From contig NW_004797341.1 in NCBI RefSeq assembly GCF_000002075.1, positions 785,369 through 849,368 of the forward strand: a stretch of DNA of 64,000 bases, in the 5' to 3' direction. Within the stretch, counting starts at the first letter, position 1. Every line of letters begins with the position of its first letter. Positions 12,503-24,387 of this stretch are shown piece after piece. A program made the translations under genes and the position numbers. This DNA comes from Aplysia californica. Taxonomy: Eukaryota. The notes under the pieces are model-generated. The model was not told the DNA's origin, ran no database searches, and worked only from the letters and a program-made list of their open reading frames with translations.

Positions 12503-12643
12503 TCATTTATAAGGAGAGTACGAACGCTCTCTATCTCTAATTGGAGAATATCTTGGGCTGCCTCTAGAGCGTCTTGGCGAGGGGCTGCGACTTCTGGACG
12601 AGCGGGGGTTGTCTTCCTTCACACGAATATATGCAACCTCACC
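12503..12643 (-). CDS. SRSF1: SRSF1/SRSF9-like SR protein, coding exon 4 (end of RRM2 plus short RS domain, stop)
   Basis: CAG|[11 protein letters not shown]...[13 protein letters not shown]...YK*; phase 0. Confidence 0.93.
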   Translation of the reverse strand, partial: GEVAYIRVKEDNPRSSRSRSPSPRRSRGSPRYSPIRDRERSYSPYK

Positions 12644-13311
12644 CTGTGACGAAACAACACATGATATGCTCTTCATAACATCGGGTGTCATAAGTTTACA
12701 TGCAATGAACCAAGAGTACAAAAATGATCTCTTTAAATTGAAGTTCCATGACGGGATTAAAGATTTTTACGCTATTGATTCAACACAAACTTTCTCTAAA
12801 ACAGATGCACTGTAACCTGTGAAATCACAACATAAAAATAAGTATCCTACTACTGTTTATTTGATTATTTATAACAACCGGACATTCTCAAAAAGGAACA
12901 ACAAAAGATAGAACAAGCACACTGGCTAATCATGGTTAAAAAACAATGGGGTAAAGAACAAATTTTAACCAAAGGATATCCATTTGTCTTAATCATAACC
13001 CATGCTGTGTGAAAGTTTTCTTTTGCAATTCGACAGGCACTTTATCAGTAAATTAAAGTACCCAATGAAACCCACGGTAATAAAAAACGAACAACAGTAT
13101 AGACCTGCACCTGAAACTCAGCCAAGGCTAGTCCGGTCCACCAAATTGTTGGCGCCACAGATCACTCCCTGGGCAGCATTCTGGGCCTTGATGAATATGG
13201 GCACACACCTCCAAATCAAATGATAAGAGTTCTCCCGAAAAAGTCCAAGACTAGAACCTTGAAAAAAAACCCCCAAACAAACAAACCCATCCCCCCATTA
13301 ATATTACATAC

Positions 13312-13484
13312 CTCATGAGACCTAAACTTAGTGTCATCCAGTTTCCTGACAGCATACTTCATGTCTTCTTTGCGTAGAAACTCTACAACACCTGTTCCGT
13401 CTTTGAACACATCTGCATAGCAAACATCGCCAGCTTCTCTCATGTGATCCTTCAAGTCCTGCCAACTGCCACTCGGAGGCAGCC
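13312..13484 (-). CDS. SRSF1: SRSF1/SRSF9-like, coding exon 3 (pseudo-RRM)
   Basis: [26 protein letters not shown]...KFRSHE with the SWQDLKD signature. AAG acceptor, GAG|GTATGT donor. Confidence 0.96.
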
Positions 13485-13616
13485 CTTGAGACATGGGAAG
13501 AGTAAAAGATAAACCCTCAGCTAACCACCATTAGGCCTGCAGCATGACACCAAACATTTCTAATGAGTGACAGCTCCTACATAATCTCTACATTTTACAC
13601 ACTGGTGATCATAACT

Positions 13617-14504
13617 CAGACCTGCCACTCTATGAAATCTAAAAATCAGGATCTAAGAGTAAAAAAATCGGGATCAACGGCAAATCAGTCATAAGGGGCA
13701 CTGGGGAATGGGGGTCCTGGTTCCCTTTTATGAGGCAAGTATGCAAGAGAAAACTTTTGCAGGGATAAGTTCATGTTTGGGCCCCTAAATAGAGAGAAAA
13801 GTGAAAGACAGCATACACGTACTCGAGTCGGAGTTGGATAGACTGGGGGAGCGCAGGCTGCAGTAAAGCTGAAACCCTTGTGGTTTTGAAAATAGCTGAC
13901 ACACAACCCTAATCATCCATGCTAAAAGCCCGCGTTTTCATACAGTAACAACGTTTGACTTCCATCGTATATACACTCAAGCCCCCCCCCCACCCCCGAA
14001 AAAAAAATCGCGCCAAGGTTGTTCATTTCTTTCCTTTTTCTTATTCTTTTATCCTCAATTAGTACCTGTATCACGGCACGCACAGCCCAAGTGTCAAAAC
14101 AATACCCCCACCTCCTCCCCCGGTCAAGTCCTGAAAAACACCTCGACCAATGCGACCGGTGTGAACAAACTTTGTTGACCCCGGCAGCCGACGGTCCCCA
14201 GTAGATCTTGAGCGTATCCATGTCGGAATTCAAGATCGATGCTACGTCGGTTTAAGTTGAAATAACGTGAGAGAGTCAACTACTAGATTTGGTACAGATG
14301 CTTTAGAAAGTAGCATTCCAAGTTCCTGCCGATAAAAGGTCTAATCGATGCTTCCAAGCAAAAAAGATTGCAGGACTTTTCATCTTTTCCCCTAAGAATC
14401 GGACGCAACCACAAAAAATCAGGATACTGGCGATCGAAATCGGGAAAATCGGGATGCTTAAGATTTGTGGCAAAAAATCAGGATATTTATGAGTGGCAGG
14501 TCTG
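13617..14504. mobile_element. hAT-like MITE with 6-bp TSD
   Basis: Perfect 14-bp TIR CAGACCTGCCACTC; ATAACT duplicated at 13611-13616 and 14505-14510; subterminal AAATC(A/G)GGAT repeats. Confidence 0.85.
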
Positions 14505-15332
14505 ATAACTAAATCACCAAGTAAAAAAGAGAGCGACACACCAGAATGACTATGCACACAAGAAAGGTATTAGACGGCAGGGTGCAAAAAGTAAATTTGA
14601 GACACAAGGATCCAAAATTTAGAACTAGAGCAGAAGGGCATAAAAATAAAGGACAGCACACTAAAAATACATTTCAGAGTTAAGAGAGTAGACCACAGAG
14701 AAACATCAATTGTAGAAAAGAGAAATAAAATCATCCCTTCTTTTAATTAATCCCTCAAGATAAATAAACAAATCATCCTTTGACCCACAACGTAAAAGTG
14801 AAATTAACATTTTAAAAGTCCACTAAAGCAACGGGACAACAAAGATATCAAACACTGCAAAGCCAGGGCTTTAGCTCACTGACCATTCATCACTTTCTTC
14901 ATCGCTTGGTTATGGTTGCTAGCTTTTGAAAGTACTGTACACAACAAGCAGTTTCTTTCAGAACCAGCAAGCAACAACCGTTACCAATAGCATGACGAAT
15001 ACAACTTACTTTAGCCTCCCAAATTTTCACTTAAAAATAGTTAACATGTCAGAAACAAAGAAAATCACGTATGAAAGCAGAATCAATTTCTGTATAATCA
15101 GAAAAACGACGCTCAATACGGCACTACTTTGCAAAAGCTCCACTAAGAAAACTTGATTAACCTACAGCAAGGTTCTTACAACATTTGAAAGGAACATGTA
15201 AAACATTTAACAAAACTACAATAATATCGACCCTCCAGGCACTCTGTGATCCTGCTCTAAACTAGAGAGGCATTCCTCCAACAGGTATGGACACAAACAT
15301 TTGACAGACAAAGAACTGTGAAAAACAAAGTG

Positions 15333-16099
15333 ACTATTCATACTCGAGTCCACATAGGCAAAAATTATATTCAGACTCTGAATTGGGTCCAGCATGACGG
15401 CCGTTCAGACTTCCGACCCCTTGTCCCTAGATATTTCCTGCATTTTAATAACTTTTTCCCCCTCGATTAAATGATAATCGAGACGTGAGCTTTAATATCC
15501 AGAAACTAGATCTATCTAAACTGGCCCCCCAGCATCATTAGAATAAACAGAACAAACCAATTGAGTTGACCTAGCCGTGGGGGGAGGGCCCAAAGTTAAT
15601 TATGTAGACCAATGAGATTGCATGTAGCGATATCGCACCCTCGGCTCGCTGGGGGAAGAGGCCACGGCTGTCGGTTTTGTGTGAAGTGATTGAAAAAAAA
15701 AAAAAATTACAGAAAAACTATTAACCCACAACAAAATGAAATTAAACATGTGGAAAGACAAATGGTGGTGGAAGTAAAGATGAAGCTGTAGTGGTGGTGG
15801 GAAGACCCTGAGTTGTCAGTTACCGAGTACTTAGACACTACCATTGGGTAGATCTAATGAGAGTGCAAGCTTTTGACACAATTACACAGTCCCAGTAGGT
15901 AATTCTAGTTCCAATTCTGGTTTTACGTAAAATCCCCCGATGACAGTTATATTATTATATATATAACCTCCTTACAGTCACATTCTCACATAACTAACTT
16001 AGAAGCTGAGTCCGTATAAATAAAATTTTTTCGGACCCGAGTCTGAATAGAATAAACCCATATTCGGACTCAAATTGAGTCCGAATAGAGCTGGCCGTG
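15333..16099. mobile_element. Decayed DNA transposon with TATTCGGACTC subterminal repeats
   Basis: Repeated and palindromic TATTC(G/A)GACTC..GAGTCCGAATA motifs at both ends; no TSD resolved. Confidence 0.4.
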
Positions 16100-16275
16100 A
16101 AAAAAAGGGAGGACTGCCGCAATGAGTGACCACTGTTAAACAGAGTAGAATAGTGGGTTGGGGTTAGGGGTAAGGTGAGGGGTTGGATTAGGTCTCTTCT
16201 TTCCTGTGTTGGGGTGGTAGCTCATTACTAAAGTCCTTCCTAAAAAAATCGATCTGGGAGAAATTTGAAACAAAC

Positions 16276-16463
16276 CTGATACAAGAACTCTATACTGAGT
16301 CCGTCTTGATGGAGGACCCCCTCTGCCCCCTCCAAATCCTCCTCTTCCTCTAAAACCGCCTCTGCCCCCTCCCATTGCCCCACTGCCTCTTGGGAATTCG
16401 ACACGTAATGTGTAACCATCATAGTTGTAGCCATCTCTCTGTCTCACAGAATCTTCTGCATCT
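16276..16463 (-). CDS. SRSF1: SRSF1/SRSF9-like, coding exon 2 (end of RRM1, Gly/RGG linker)
   Basis: (R)[26 protein letters not shown]...[14 protein letters not shown](G). TTTTCAG acceptor, G|GTTTGT donor; phases fit the neighbouring exons. Confidence 0.95.
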
Positions 16464-16564
16464 CTGAAAATCAATAAGAAATATAATTTAGTAAATTTTG
16501 CAGACAACATTTATTAGAAATGAGACGAAAGCAGATGACAGAACATTGCTAGAGAGCTGGAAAG

Positions 16565-16753
16565 GGGGTGAAAATAGTTCAGGCGAGTCTTTTGGCTATT
16601 CTCACCCGGTGCGCGTTCACCGTTATAGCCTAGAATAGTAGATCTAGGCCAACCAATTTTGCGTTCACCCTAAACCACAGAATTCTACACTGTGATAACA
16701 GAAAAATTGTAGAATTCTGTGCCGTGAACAAACGGACCATTACTACTGTTAGC
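16565..16753. mobile_element. Partial copy of the 9-bp-TSD MITE (same family as 20636 and 58837), running into the gap
   Basis: Near-identical to 58856-59036. Confidence 0.85.
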
Positions 16754-17463
16754 NNNNNNNNNNNNNNNNNNNNNNNNNNNNNNNNNNNNNNNNNNNNNNN
16801 NNNNNNNNNNNNNNNNNNNNNNNNNNNNNNNNNNNNNNNNNNNNNNNNNNNNNNNNNNNNNNNNNNNNNNNNNNNNNNNNNNNNNNNNNNNNNNNNNNNN
16901 NNNNNNNNNNNNNNNNNNNNNNNNNNNNNNNNNNNNNNNNNNNNNNNNNNNNNNNNNNNNNNNNNNNNNNNNNNNNNNNNNNNNNNNNNNNNNNNNNNNN
17001 NNNNNNNNNNNNNNNNNNNNNNNNNNNNNNNNNNNNNNNNNNNNNNNNNNNNNNNNNNNNNNNNNNNNNNNNNNNNNNNNNNNNNNNNNNNNNNNNNNNN
17101 NNNNNNNNNNNNNNNNNNNNNNNNNNNNNNNNNNNNNNNNNNNNNNNNNNNNNNNNNNNNNNNNNNNNNNNNNNNNNNNNNNNNNNNNNNNNNNNNNNNN
17201 NNNNNNNNNNNNNNNNNNNNNNNNNNNNNNNNNNNNNNNNNNNNNNNNNNNNNNNNNNNNNNNNNNNNNNNNNNNNNNNNNNNNNNNNNNNNNNNNNNNN
17301 NNNNNNNNNNNNNNNNNNNNNNNNNNNNNNNNNNNNNNNNNNNNNNNNNNNNNNNNNNNNNNNNNNNNNNNNNNNNNNNNNNNNNNNNNNNNNNNNNNNN
17401 NNNNNNNNNNNNNNNNNNNNNNNNNNNNNNNNNNNNNNNNNNNNNNNNNNNNNNNNNNNNNNN
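16754..17463. other. Assembly gap (N run)
   Basis: Ns. Confidence 1.
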
Positions 17464-18014
17464 GGGGGCTGCCACATGCAAATCAATTATAATAATATTA
17501 ATAATGAACAGAGAAAAGTGGACCAGGAACATTTTATAGTTGAAAGTGTATACAGACCCGGTAACCGGGAACAAAGTCACAAAATATACAGACCCGGTAG
17601 GGTAGCTCTTTTGTGATATCGGAAAGTTTCAGCGCCCTCTTGGCTCAGGGTAGAACTAGGTTCTGTTAGATCTATGGCCTAGGTCTAGATCTAGACAGAC
17701 AGATAAATCATTGATCTAGTTTCGAGGCTAGCCTAGATCTAAATCTAAATGAAGATTGCGGATGTCTTTTCGATGAACCATCGTTTTTCATCCGTTTTGG
17801 AGTTGGAGAAATCACAATTTGAAGAAAAGAACAATGTCATTATAATTTCAATCGAGCAGTCACCATCTCTATCTCCCTCTCCTCTGTCGCTGTGTATCGC
17901 TCGCATTCTCTTTTTCTTTGTCTGTCTTTCTTTCTCCCCACCTATTTCCCACTCTATCTTTCTCTCGTTCCCTCCTGCCAACTGGAGCATACATTTTGCT
18001 AGCACTTCCCCCTG

Positions 18015-18049
<35 letters not shown>

Positions 18050-18839
18050 TACTGGGTCTGGGCGGGGGAACTTTCCGAAATCACAAAAGAGTTCCCCTAC
18101 CGGGTCTGTATACACTTCATTTATAGTTTGCTCTGCCCACATTGGACCCACATTGCCAGCCTAGGCTAGGCCTAAGAGGTACCGGTTGCAATAGACATTG
18201 GCATAGTATAACACGATATACGAAAAGAACGAAGTGCAAATTTTTATACTGCTGGCTAGTAGCCTACGCAGAATTGATTTTGCTCACCATTTTTCTTGTT
18301 ACGGGTTTCGATCGAGGCGCAGGGAGTTTTTTGTTTCACTTTAAGTCAAGTGACAGTGAAGTTGGAAAATTTGTGATCTGCCATCATGTAACAACGATTC
18401 AAGGAACTCTTTTCTCGGCTGGCCGTATGATCAGGGCAGCAGGCATTGGCCAATCTAATTTCACACCTCTGGCTTCTGGCTACCCGGGAAAGTTTTCGCT
18501 ACTCTAGCACTTTCACTGGAAGTCGTGAGATTTCACACCCACACTACACTGACCATCTGCATCGCTCAGGGCTCACATGATGGGGTAACATCTACCCCCA
18601 AATTTCACCCCTACTCCTTTTCCTCGTCCAGCGGCATGGCCATAGCGTCAAGTTTAGAGCCGGCGGGACCAAACTTGCGAGTTTTGTTTCAAATCAAAGT
18701 TGAGCGGGCAAAGCATTTTCTGTCTTAGACAAGTGAAACCCTCGGGAGGGAGAGGATTTTTCTTTCCGTTTCCCCATTCAGGGTGGCCAGGGAAATTTTC
18801 TTCCTAAAAATCCTACCACTATAAGTCAAGTTGTCAGTG

Positions 18840-19323
18840 TTACTGCTCTCGTCAAAGAGAATCACATAGAAGGAGCTATTTCGTACACATCTTAGGATAG
18901 CCGACTACATCACTGGGGCAATCCCAATTAATGTTCCAAGGTAGCCACGTTTTGTGCTTCTACACTGAAATCTCAGCTATTTTTCAGCCTGAAAACATCT
19001 CATGACTCGTGTCAGCAACTGCTCTAGTTGATTACTATTATATTACTGTTGGTGCTCCTTTCAGTATCCCTCACAACACTTGTTCTGTTCTTGGTAACCT
19101 TAAGAATAGATTTGGCACCACACTGGCTGGTTTAGGCTTTCATGTGTTTTTGAGGTACCATGTGAGTGTTCAAAGCTTTTACACCTGAATGACCGATGAC
19201 AAATACTTGGGAATAAAATTTTCATCTAAACTTGCTTATTTTATCATTTGGATACTCCATCAGTCATTCTGAATACTTAAGGTCGGACAACCACTCAGTG
19301 TTGATGAAGTAGCACTTTCCCAT
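18840..19323 (-). pseudogene. hAT transposase N-terminal relic
   Basis: MGKCYFINTEWLSDLKYSE*L...HSGVKALNTHMVPQKH (decayed N-terminal zinc finger), STKRGYLGTLIGIAP, FYVILFDESSN (first catalytic D); stops and frameshifts. Confidence 0.75.
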
Positions 19324-19905
19324 GATACTGGATCTAGTCTAGATCTCTCTCTCTCTAATTATAGCCTACATATATATATAGTCACAAAAATCATACATAA
19401 GAAAAATAAGTCTGTTTCTAGCCTGGGTTTCAGTATGCCAAGTGCCGTCAATCTTCTACTCTCTAAAGACTATCTTGCTGAGTTTTTCCATGGTCAAACG
19501 ACTATCACCCATCCAATGACACGCCAACCCTTTAGTTCAATAACACAGCTTACAAGGTATGACGGATCCCGATTCCACACAAGTCCTGCACAACACGCGC
19601 TATGCAGAAAGCTCGCGTGGCAATCAAAATTCTAAATGCTAATGCTAAAATTTGCTACCAAGTTCAGTTTTTTCCCCTGGTGTTGCCTTTAACCCCCCCC
19701 CCCCCCCGTCTGAGTGTATCTTTTTAAAAAAATCAATAATCCCGCCATCCCAGAGTCCTATACTTCGCAACGCTCAGACTTAGAATGAACTTTAGTGACC
19801 CTAACATTCGCGGTACTCATTCGACGCCTTATCATCATGTGGGTGACATACAAATGCGCAGATTCAGTGACCGGTCACGACGGCGAGCCCGACAAAACGC
19901 TTGTA

Positions 19906-21318
19906 CAGTGGAATCCTGTTATAACGAGAGGGAGGGGACCGGAGCAAAATGTCCGTTATAGCAGGATTCTCGCTATAAGGGATCTAGTAATAAATTCAAG
20001 GGAAACTGTAAAGTAGGCCTAATCTATGAGTTTGGTGTTCTGTTTATTTCCTTTGGCTATCTCCTCTGATGATGATGATTTTGTTCAACATGACCTCTAG
20101 GTCTTACTTGATAAAAAATCGAATCAGGTTTCTTTCTCTAGCGCTAGATCTAGCGATGTGGACTGACAGTTCGGCGTTGGCGATCAGAAAGAAAGGGCTC
20201 TAGGGTATAGGCTCTAGGCTAACTCGCCCGCTGTGTTTTCCCCCACCCCACCCTGTGGTGCATTCTGTCTGCTTGCGCACGTCACACTTCGCTCCATCCA
20301 TCACATTGCTGTGACCTCTCCGTCCTTGCATCGGAGAAGTGAGAGGCATGGTAGGCCTTGATAATATAAACTAGGCTTACGCTGGCCTATCATGCAATGC
20401 GTTCTGCTTGTTTGCGCATGCCACAACCTCCCTACTCAGTCGCTCCGGCCTTCATTGTTGACACACATGGGCTCTCCCTTTCTTTGTTTTTGGCTAGTTC
20501 ACCAACAAGTTTCTCAGCTGGCGAGGTTTTGCATTATGTATAATTGGCCTATGCACTGTAGTAGCAATATTCCGCTATAACCGACTCGCATGTTTGTCTG
20601 GTAGCGCTATACTTATATAGCAGTATTTTATTTACGGAAGTGGCTATTCTCATCCGGGGTGAGAATAGAAAAACGATCTACCTCTCACCCCGGGTGAGAC
20701 GTGCCAGCGTAGGCTATTCTCACCCGGTGCGAAACAAGACCTGCTTTTCCTCATTTTGGAATACTGTCTATCGGTGTGGATGATCAGATTGATAAAAGCC
20801 AAGAAAAAATTACGTTATAGCACAAAAGTAAGCTAATTTGATCGTCTTCAAAGATGCTACGGCTATTTAACTTTTCGAATCGAGCCGAACTACGCGGGTC
20901 GCCATTTTGTTTTGACCGGAAGTTCTCGCGCTACTCCTCTCTCTGTCTCTTTCTCTCTCTCTCCACTGCCCACATACAAAATTGTAGGCCTACGCTTTTA
21001 GAGGCTACAGTTATAATGGAACGTTTGTTCACGGCACAGAATTCTACAATTTTTCTGTTATCACAGTGTAGAATTCTGTGGTTTAGGGTGAACGCAAAAT
21101 TTGTTGGCCTAGATCTAGATCTAGATCTAGGCTATAACGGTGAACGCGCACCGGGTGAGAATAGCCAAAAGACTAGCCTGCACTATTCTCATCCCGGGTG
21201 AGAATAGAGGTGGCCTTTATTTACAAAGGTAAAGAGGAGAAAAAAACGGGGTTTTAGAATAGTGTCTTTATAACAGACTTCTCGTTTTTTCCGGACTCGT
21301 TTTAAGTGGACTCCACTG
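19906..21318. mobile_element. pogo/Tigger-like MITE with TA TSD
   Basis: TA|CAGTGGAATCC...GGACTCCACTG|TA. The homologous empty site is present in reverse complement at ~38100-38130. Confidence 0.85.
20636..21215. mobile_element. 9-bp-TSD MITE (MULE-like) with palindromic subtermini
   Basis: TTTATTTAC at 20627-20635 and 21216-21224; CTATTCTCA.CC.GGG.TGAGAATAG palindromes at both ends. Confidence 0.9.
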
Positions 21319-21703
21319 TATAACTTTCTTTTCACACAAGTGACAAATATTGATTTATTTTCATAGCGACACAGCCTTTCTAATGCACAAACTGCATGCT
21401 ACAACAATGTTGTGTTATCAGACTTTTACCGGCAAATTTCAGGGTGGTAGTGAAAGCGAAAGTAGATCTAGATTTTCCCAATCGAGCCTCGGCATCACTC
21501 GTACACTTCCGCTTGCCGCCATAGCCGCCTGTTCGCATGAAACGTACTCTCAGACCGGGAAAAGCTGAATGATCGCGACCGACAAAATGAACTTAGGGAC
21601 GTTATCGGATCTGGTTTTCAAATATTCGAGAACTTTTATGTATTTTCCCGGGTCTTTCACAGGGCAATTTACAGATTTCCTCAAGTTTCCTTTTATTGCC
21701 GAC

Positions 21704-21938
21704 GGTAGATTGAAGAATACCGGACCAGCGGACTGACTTTGCCTATGTCTCAACCTTAGGAATTCATAATTTTCCCGTTATCTCAATGGAGAATCTCGGA
21801 CCGGTAGATCTATTCATTAAAATTTTGTCAGGGGGGAGACCCCCCTGAGCCCCCCTCCTCCACCCCAACCACCCGCTCCACCTACCCGACTTTCTCGCGC
21901 AATAATGAACGTGTGGTCCGGTTTTCTTCAATCTTCCC
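21704..21938. mobile_element. Small MITE with 8-bp TSD (Merlin-like)
   Basis: TIR AGATTGAAGAA(T/A)ACCGGACCA; TTGCCGAC at 21696-21703 and 21939-21946; GG...CC ends. Confidence 0.7.
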
Positions 21939-22103
21939 TTGCCGACGTTTATCCAACCATTTCCGTCGGAACAAAATTTTTCCGACAAAAATTCGACTTA
22001 TCCGACCTAAACAAAAATTTCCTACCAATTTCCGACTTTCCAACTTCCCTGGCCACCCTGCCATTGGACAAGTTTCAGTTTTATACAGGACAGGTAATTA
22101 AAG

Positions 22104-22256
22104 AGATTGAAGAATACCGGAACAGCGGACTGAATTTGCCTCTATTCATTAAAATTTGGCAATTTTGTCAGGGGGGAGTGAACCCCCCCCTTCCAACCAC
22201 CCGCCCCACTTTCTCACGCAATAATGTACAGTGGTCCGGTATTCTTCAATCTTCCC
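22104..22256. mobile_element. Second copy of the same small MITE, ending ~20 bp from the SR-gene exon 1 donor
   Basis: Same TIR and internal sequence as 21704-21938; no TSD seen. Confidence 0.7.
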
Positions 22257-22278
22257 AAAAGAATGGCGAGTAGATTAC

Positions 22279-22436
22279 CTTGGGTCCTCAAATTCAACGA
22301 AAGCAAATGGTGGGCCTCTCTTGTTTTTCAAGTCAATAAATGTGATTTTTCCATATTTGTAAAACAAATCTTCGATATCTCTAGTTCTGATGTCTGGGGG
22401 CAAATTGCCGACGTAGATCCTGCTGTCACGAGCCAT
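22279..22436 (-). CDS. SRSF1: SRSF1/SRSF9-like, coding exon 1 (RRM1)
   Basis: [29 protein letters not shown]...[13 protein letters not shown]; AG|GTAATC phase-2 donor. Confidence 0.95.
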
Positions 22437-22499
22437 ACTGAAATACAAGTGGGACGTAGGTTCTTTCAAATAAAATCAGCAATTTCCCTAAGCTTTAGC

Positions 22500-22860
22500 A
22501 CGCTCCCACTCTTCTTCACAAGCCTATTGTACGCCACCACCACAGGAAGCCAGCAGAGGAAACATGGCGTCTTTCCGTGGCTCTGGGTAAAATAGTTCTT
22601 CAAACCAGTTAATTCACCAACAACTGTCAGACGAAAATTGGTTTGAGAGAACAGCTACTAAATAAAAACAAGGAAAAAAATTGAATTTCACGGTTTTCAA
22701 TCCTCCAAGCTTCACTTGTATTAGATGACACTAAAGCTGTTTGAATTCATACGCTTCGTCTTGTTCTCGTGTTTTCACGATTAAAATCATGTGGTTGCTA
22801 TCATGTGACCTTTTTGGCGTCAAAATGGCAGCTTTCGTATAAATTTTAATAAATGAATGA
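22500..22860. promoter_or_regulatory. Bidirectional promoter region (SR gene / zinc-finger gene)
   Basis: Divergent ATGs ~900 bp apart. YY1-like AAACATGGCG (~22560) and CAAAATGGC (22821), ETS-like ACAGGAAG (~22542). Confidence 0.6.
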
Positions 22861-23331
22861 ACATGCTGAGCATTCTGCCAGTGTCATAATGGCTGTCTCA
22901 AGGTTCTGCCTATCTCTTTGTCCTCAAGTGTTCTTAGTTCCTGGGCAGCTGGTGTAGGTGTATGAGGACCCTAGATATGGAGTATCGATTGAAAGTTGAC
23001 ATTCTTTTTTTCTTTAGTTTGTACAACTGGTATAAACAAAATGTTAACATCTTTCAGTGTTTACCAACGGTCCGCAAAAACCGATAAGAAGAGATATGGA
23101 AAACACGTAGCATCTCCATTGACTGTGCCTACAACATTTTTATCTTGTGTGTGCCTCTATGTCATCAAGGGAAGGAAAGGCCTATCTTGATTTAATTGAT
23201 CTTCAATGTGGCAGCAAGGATTTTTTTTCTAAAAATGATAACCTTGTTCTTTCCAAAGAAAAACTGTACCTAACCTGCCTGGTTCTTTCCAAAGAAAAAC
23301 TGTACCTCTAGTTCCAGACTTTAAGAGATAT

Positions 23332-24387
23332 ATGATGTCATTGTCTGAAGAAGAATCGCAAAGTGTGCATGAAAATAACTTTGAGTCAGATACAGAAACA
23401 GAAGAAAGGAACAAAGATGTTAAAGCCAGTCAGGAATCTTCTTGTGAAGATCATGTTCAAACTCTGGGCATTAGTGATCAGTCAGCAGCCAGCAAACAAG
23501 CAAAGAAGTCTGAGAAAGCTCCGAAACCTAAAGTGAAGATAAAAACTCTTACAATTGATGGACAGCTAGTATACTTTTGTAAAATATGTGACAAGATTTT
23601 TACAAGGAGAAAAGACAAACTGAATCATGAGCTGGCTCACAGCGGAGAGTCAGTCCTCACTTGCACAGAATGTGGAAAGGAGTATCTGCATGAATCTAGT
23701 CTGGCTTCACATATGCGGACACATTCTGCTGATCAGCTGCACATGTGTGAACTTTGTCCAAAGATGTTTGCTCAGAGCCATCACTTAAAAACTCACATAT
23801 TGTCTCACTCTGAACCAAATGATTTTACGTGCAAAACTTGTTACGTTGAATTTGCCACTGCTGTAGAACTTAACCATCATATTCGTACTGAAATCAAGCT
23901 TGAAATTTCATATTACTGGTGTAAAATGTGCAAGGTTTATTGTTGCAGAAATCATGGCTTGCAGTGTGACAAAAACCTCCATGCATATCAGTGTTCTGCT
24001 TGCAATGAGCTGTTTTTCACGAATAAGAAGCTGAGGATACATATGAAAAAGTTTGCTCACCATTCAGTTCAAAAACCAAAGTTCATCGAACCTTTAAAGG
24101 AGCATGAGTTGTATCGTGGCAAGTGTGTGGATGGAAACAAGAAATCTTCTGTTCAAGGGGACAAGGAAAATGTGACAAGAAAGCAGATCGTTTATGGAAA
24201 CAGCAATCTAAACAAAAGATTTGCAAGTGATGATTTAGAAAATGAGCTTCCTCCAAAGAGGTTCAAGTTGTCTCCTCGGAAGCTGTGTGTTGAAGTTGAC
24301 AATTCGAGTACCTCAATGCAAGAGTCAGCGCCAGAAATGAAGATCGAATTCAAATCAGAAATAAGGTCTCCTGTAAAACAAAGAAAG
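23332..24387 (+). CDS. C2H2 zinc-finger protein, coding exon 1 (~5 fingers)
   Basis: Fingers CKICDKIF..H...H, CTECGKEY, CELCPKMF and others; AAG|GTTTGT phase-0 donor. The start may extend upstream via the acceptor at 23317. Confidence 0.85.

Larger units (their letters stand above)
18779..22060 (-). mobile_element. Internally deleted hAT element with 5-bp TSD, hosting nested MITEs
   Basis: Perfect 16-bp TIR CAGGGTGGCCAGGGAA; CCATT at 18774-18778 and 22061-22065; transposase relic inside. Confidence 0.8.

Noticed and set aside
16630-17580. Long ORFs in the track
   Set aside because: Artefacts of the N gap
18370-18470. hAT dimerisation-domain-like peptide (LPSCNNDS/LFSAGRMIR)
   Set aside because: Too short and frameshifted to support a call
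22437-22460. Acceptor-like TTGTATTTCAG immediately before the SR-gene ATG (5'UTR intron or trans-splice site)
   Set aside because: No convincing upstream donor; cannot be separated from ordinary 5'UTR without transcripts
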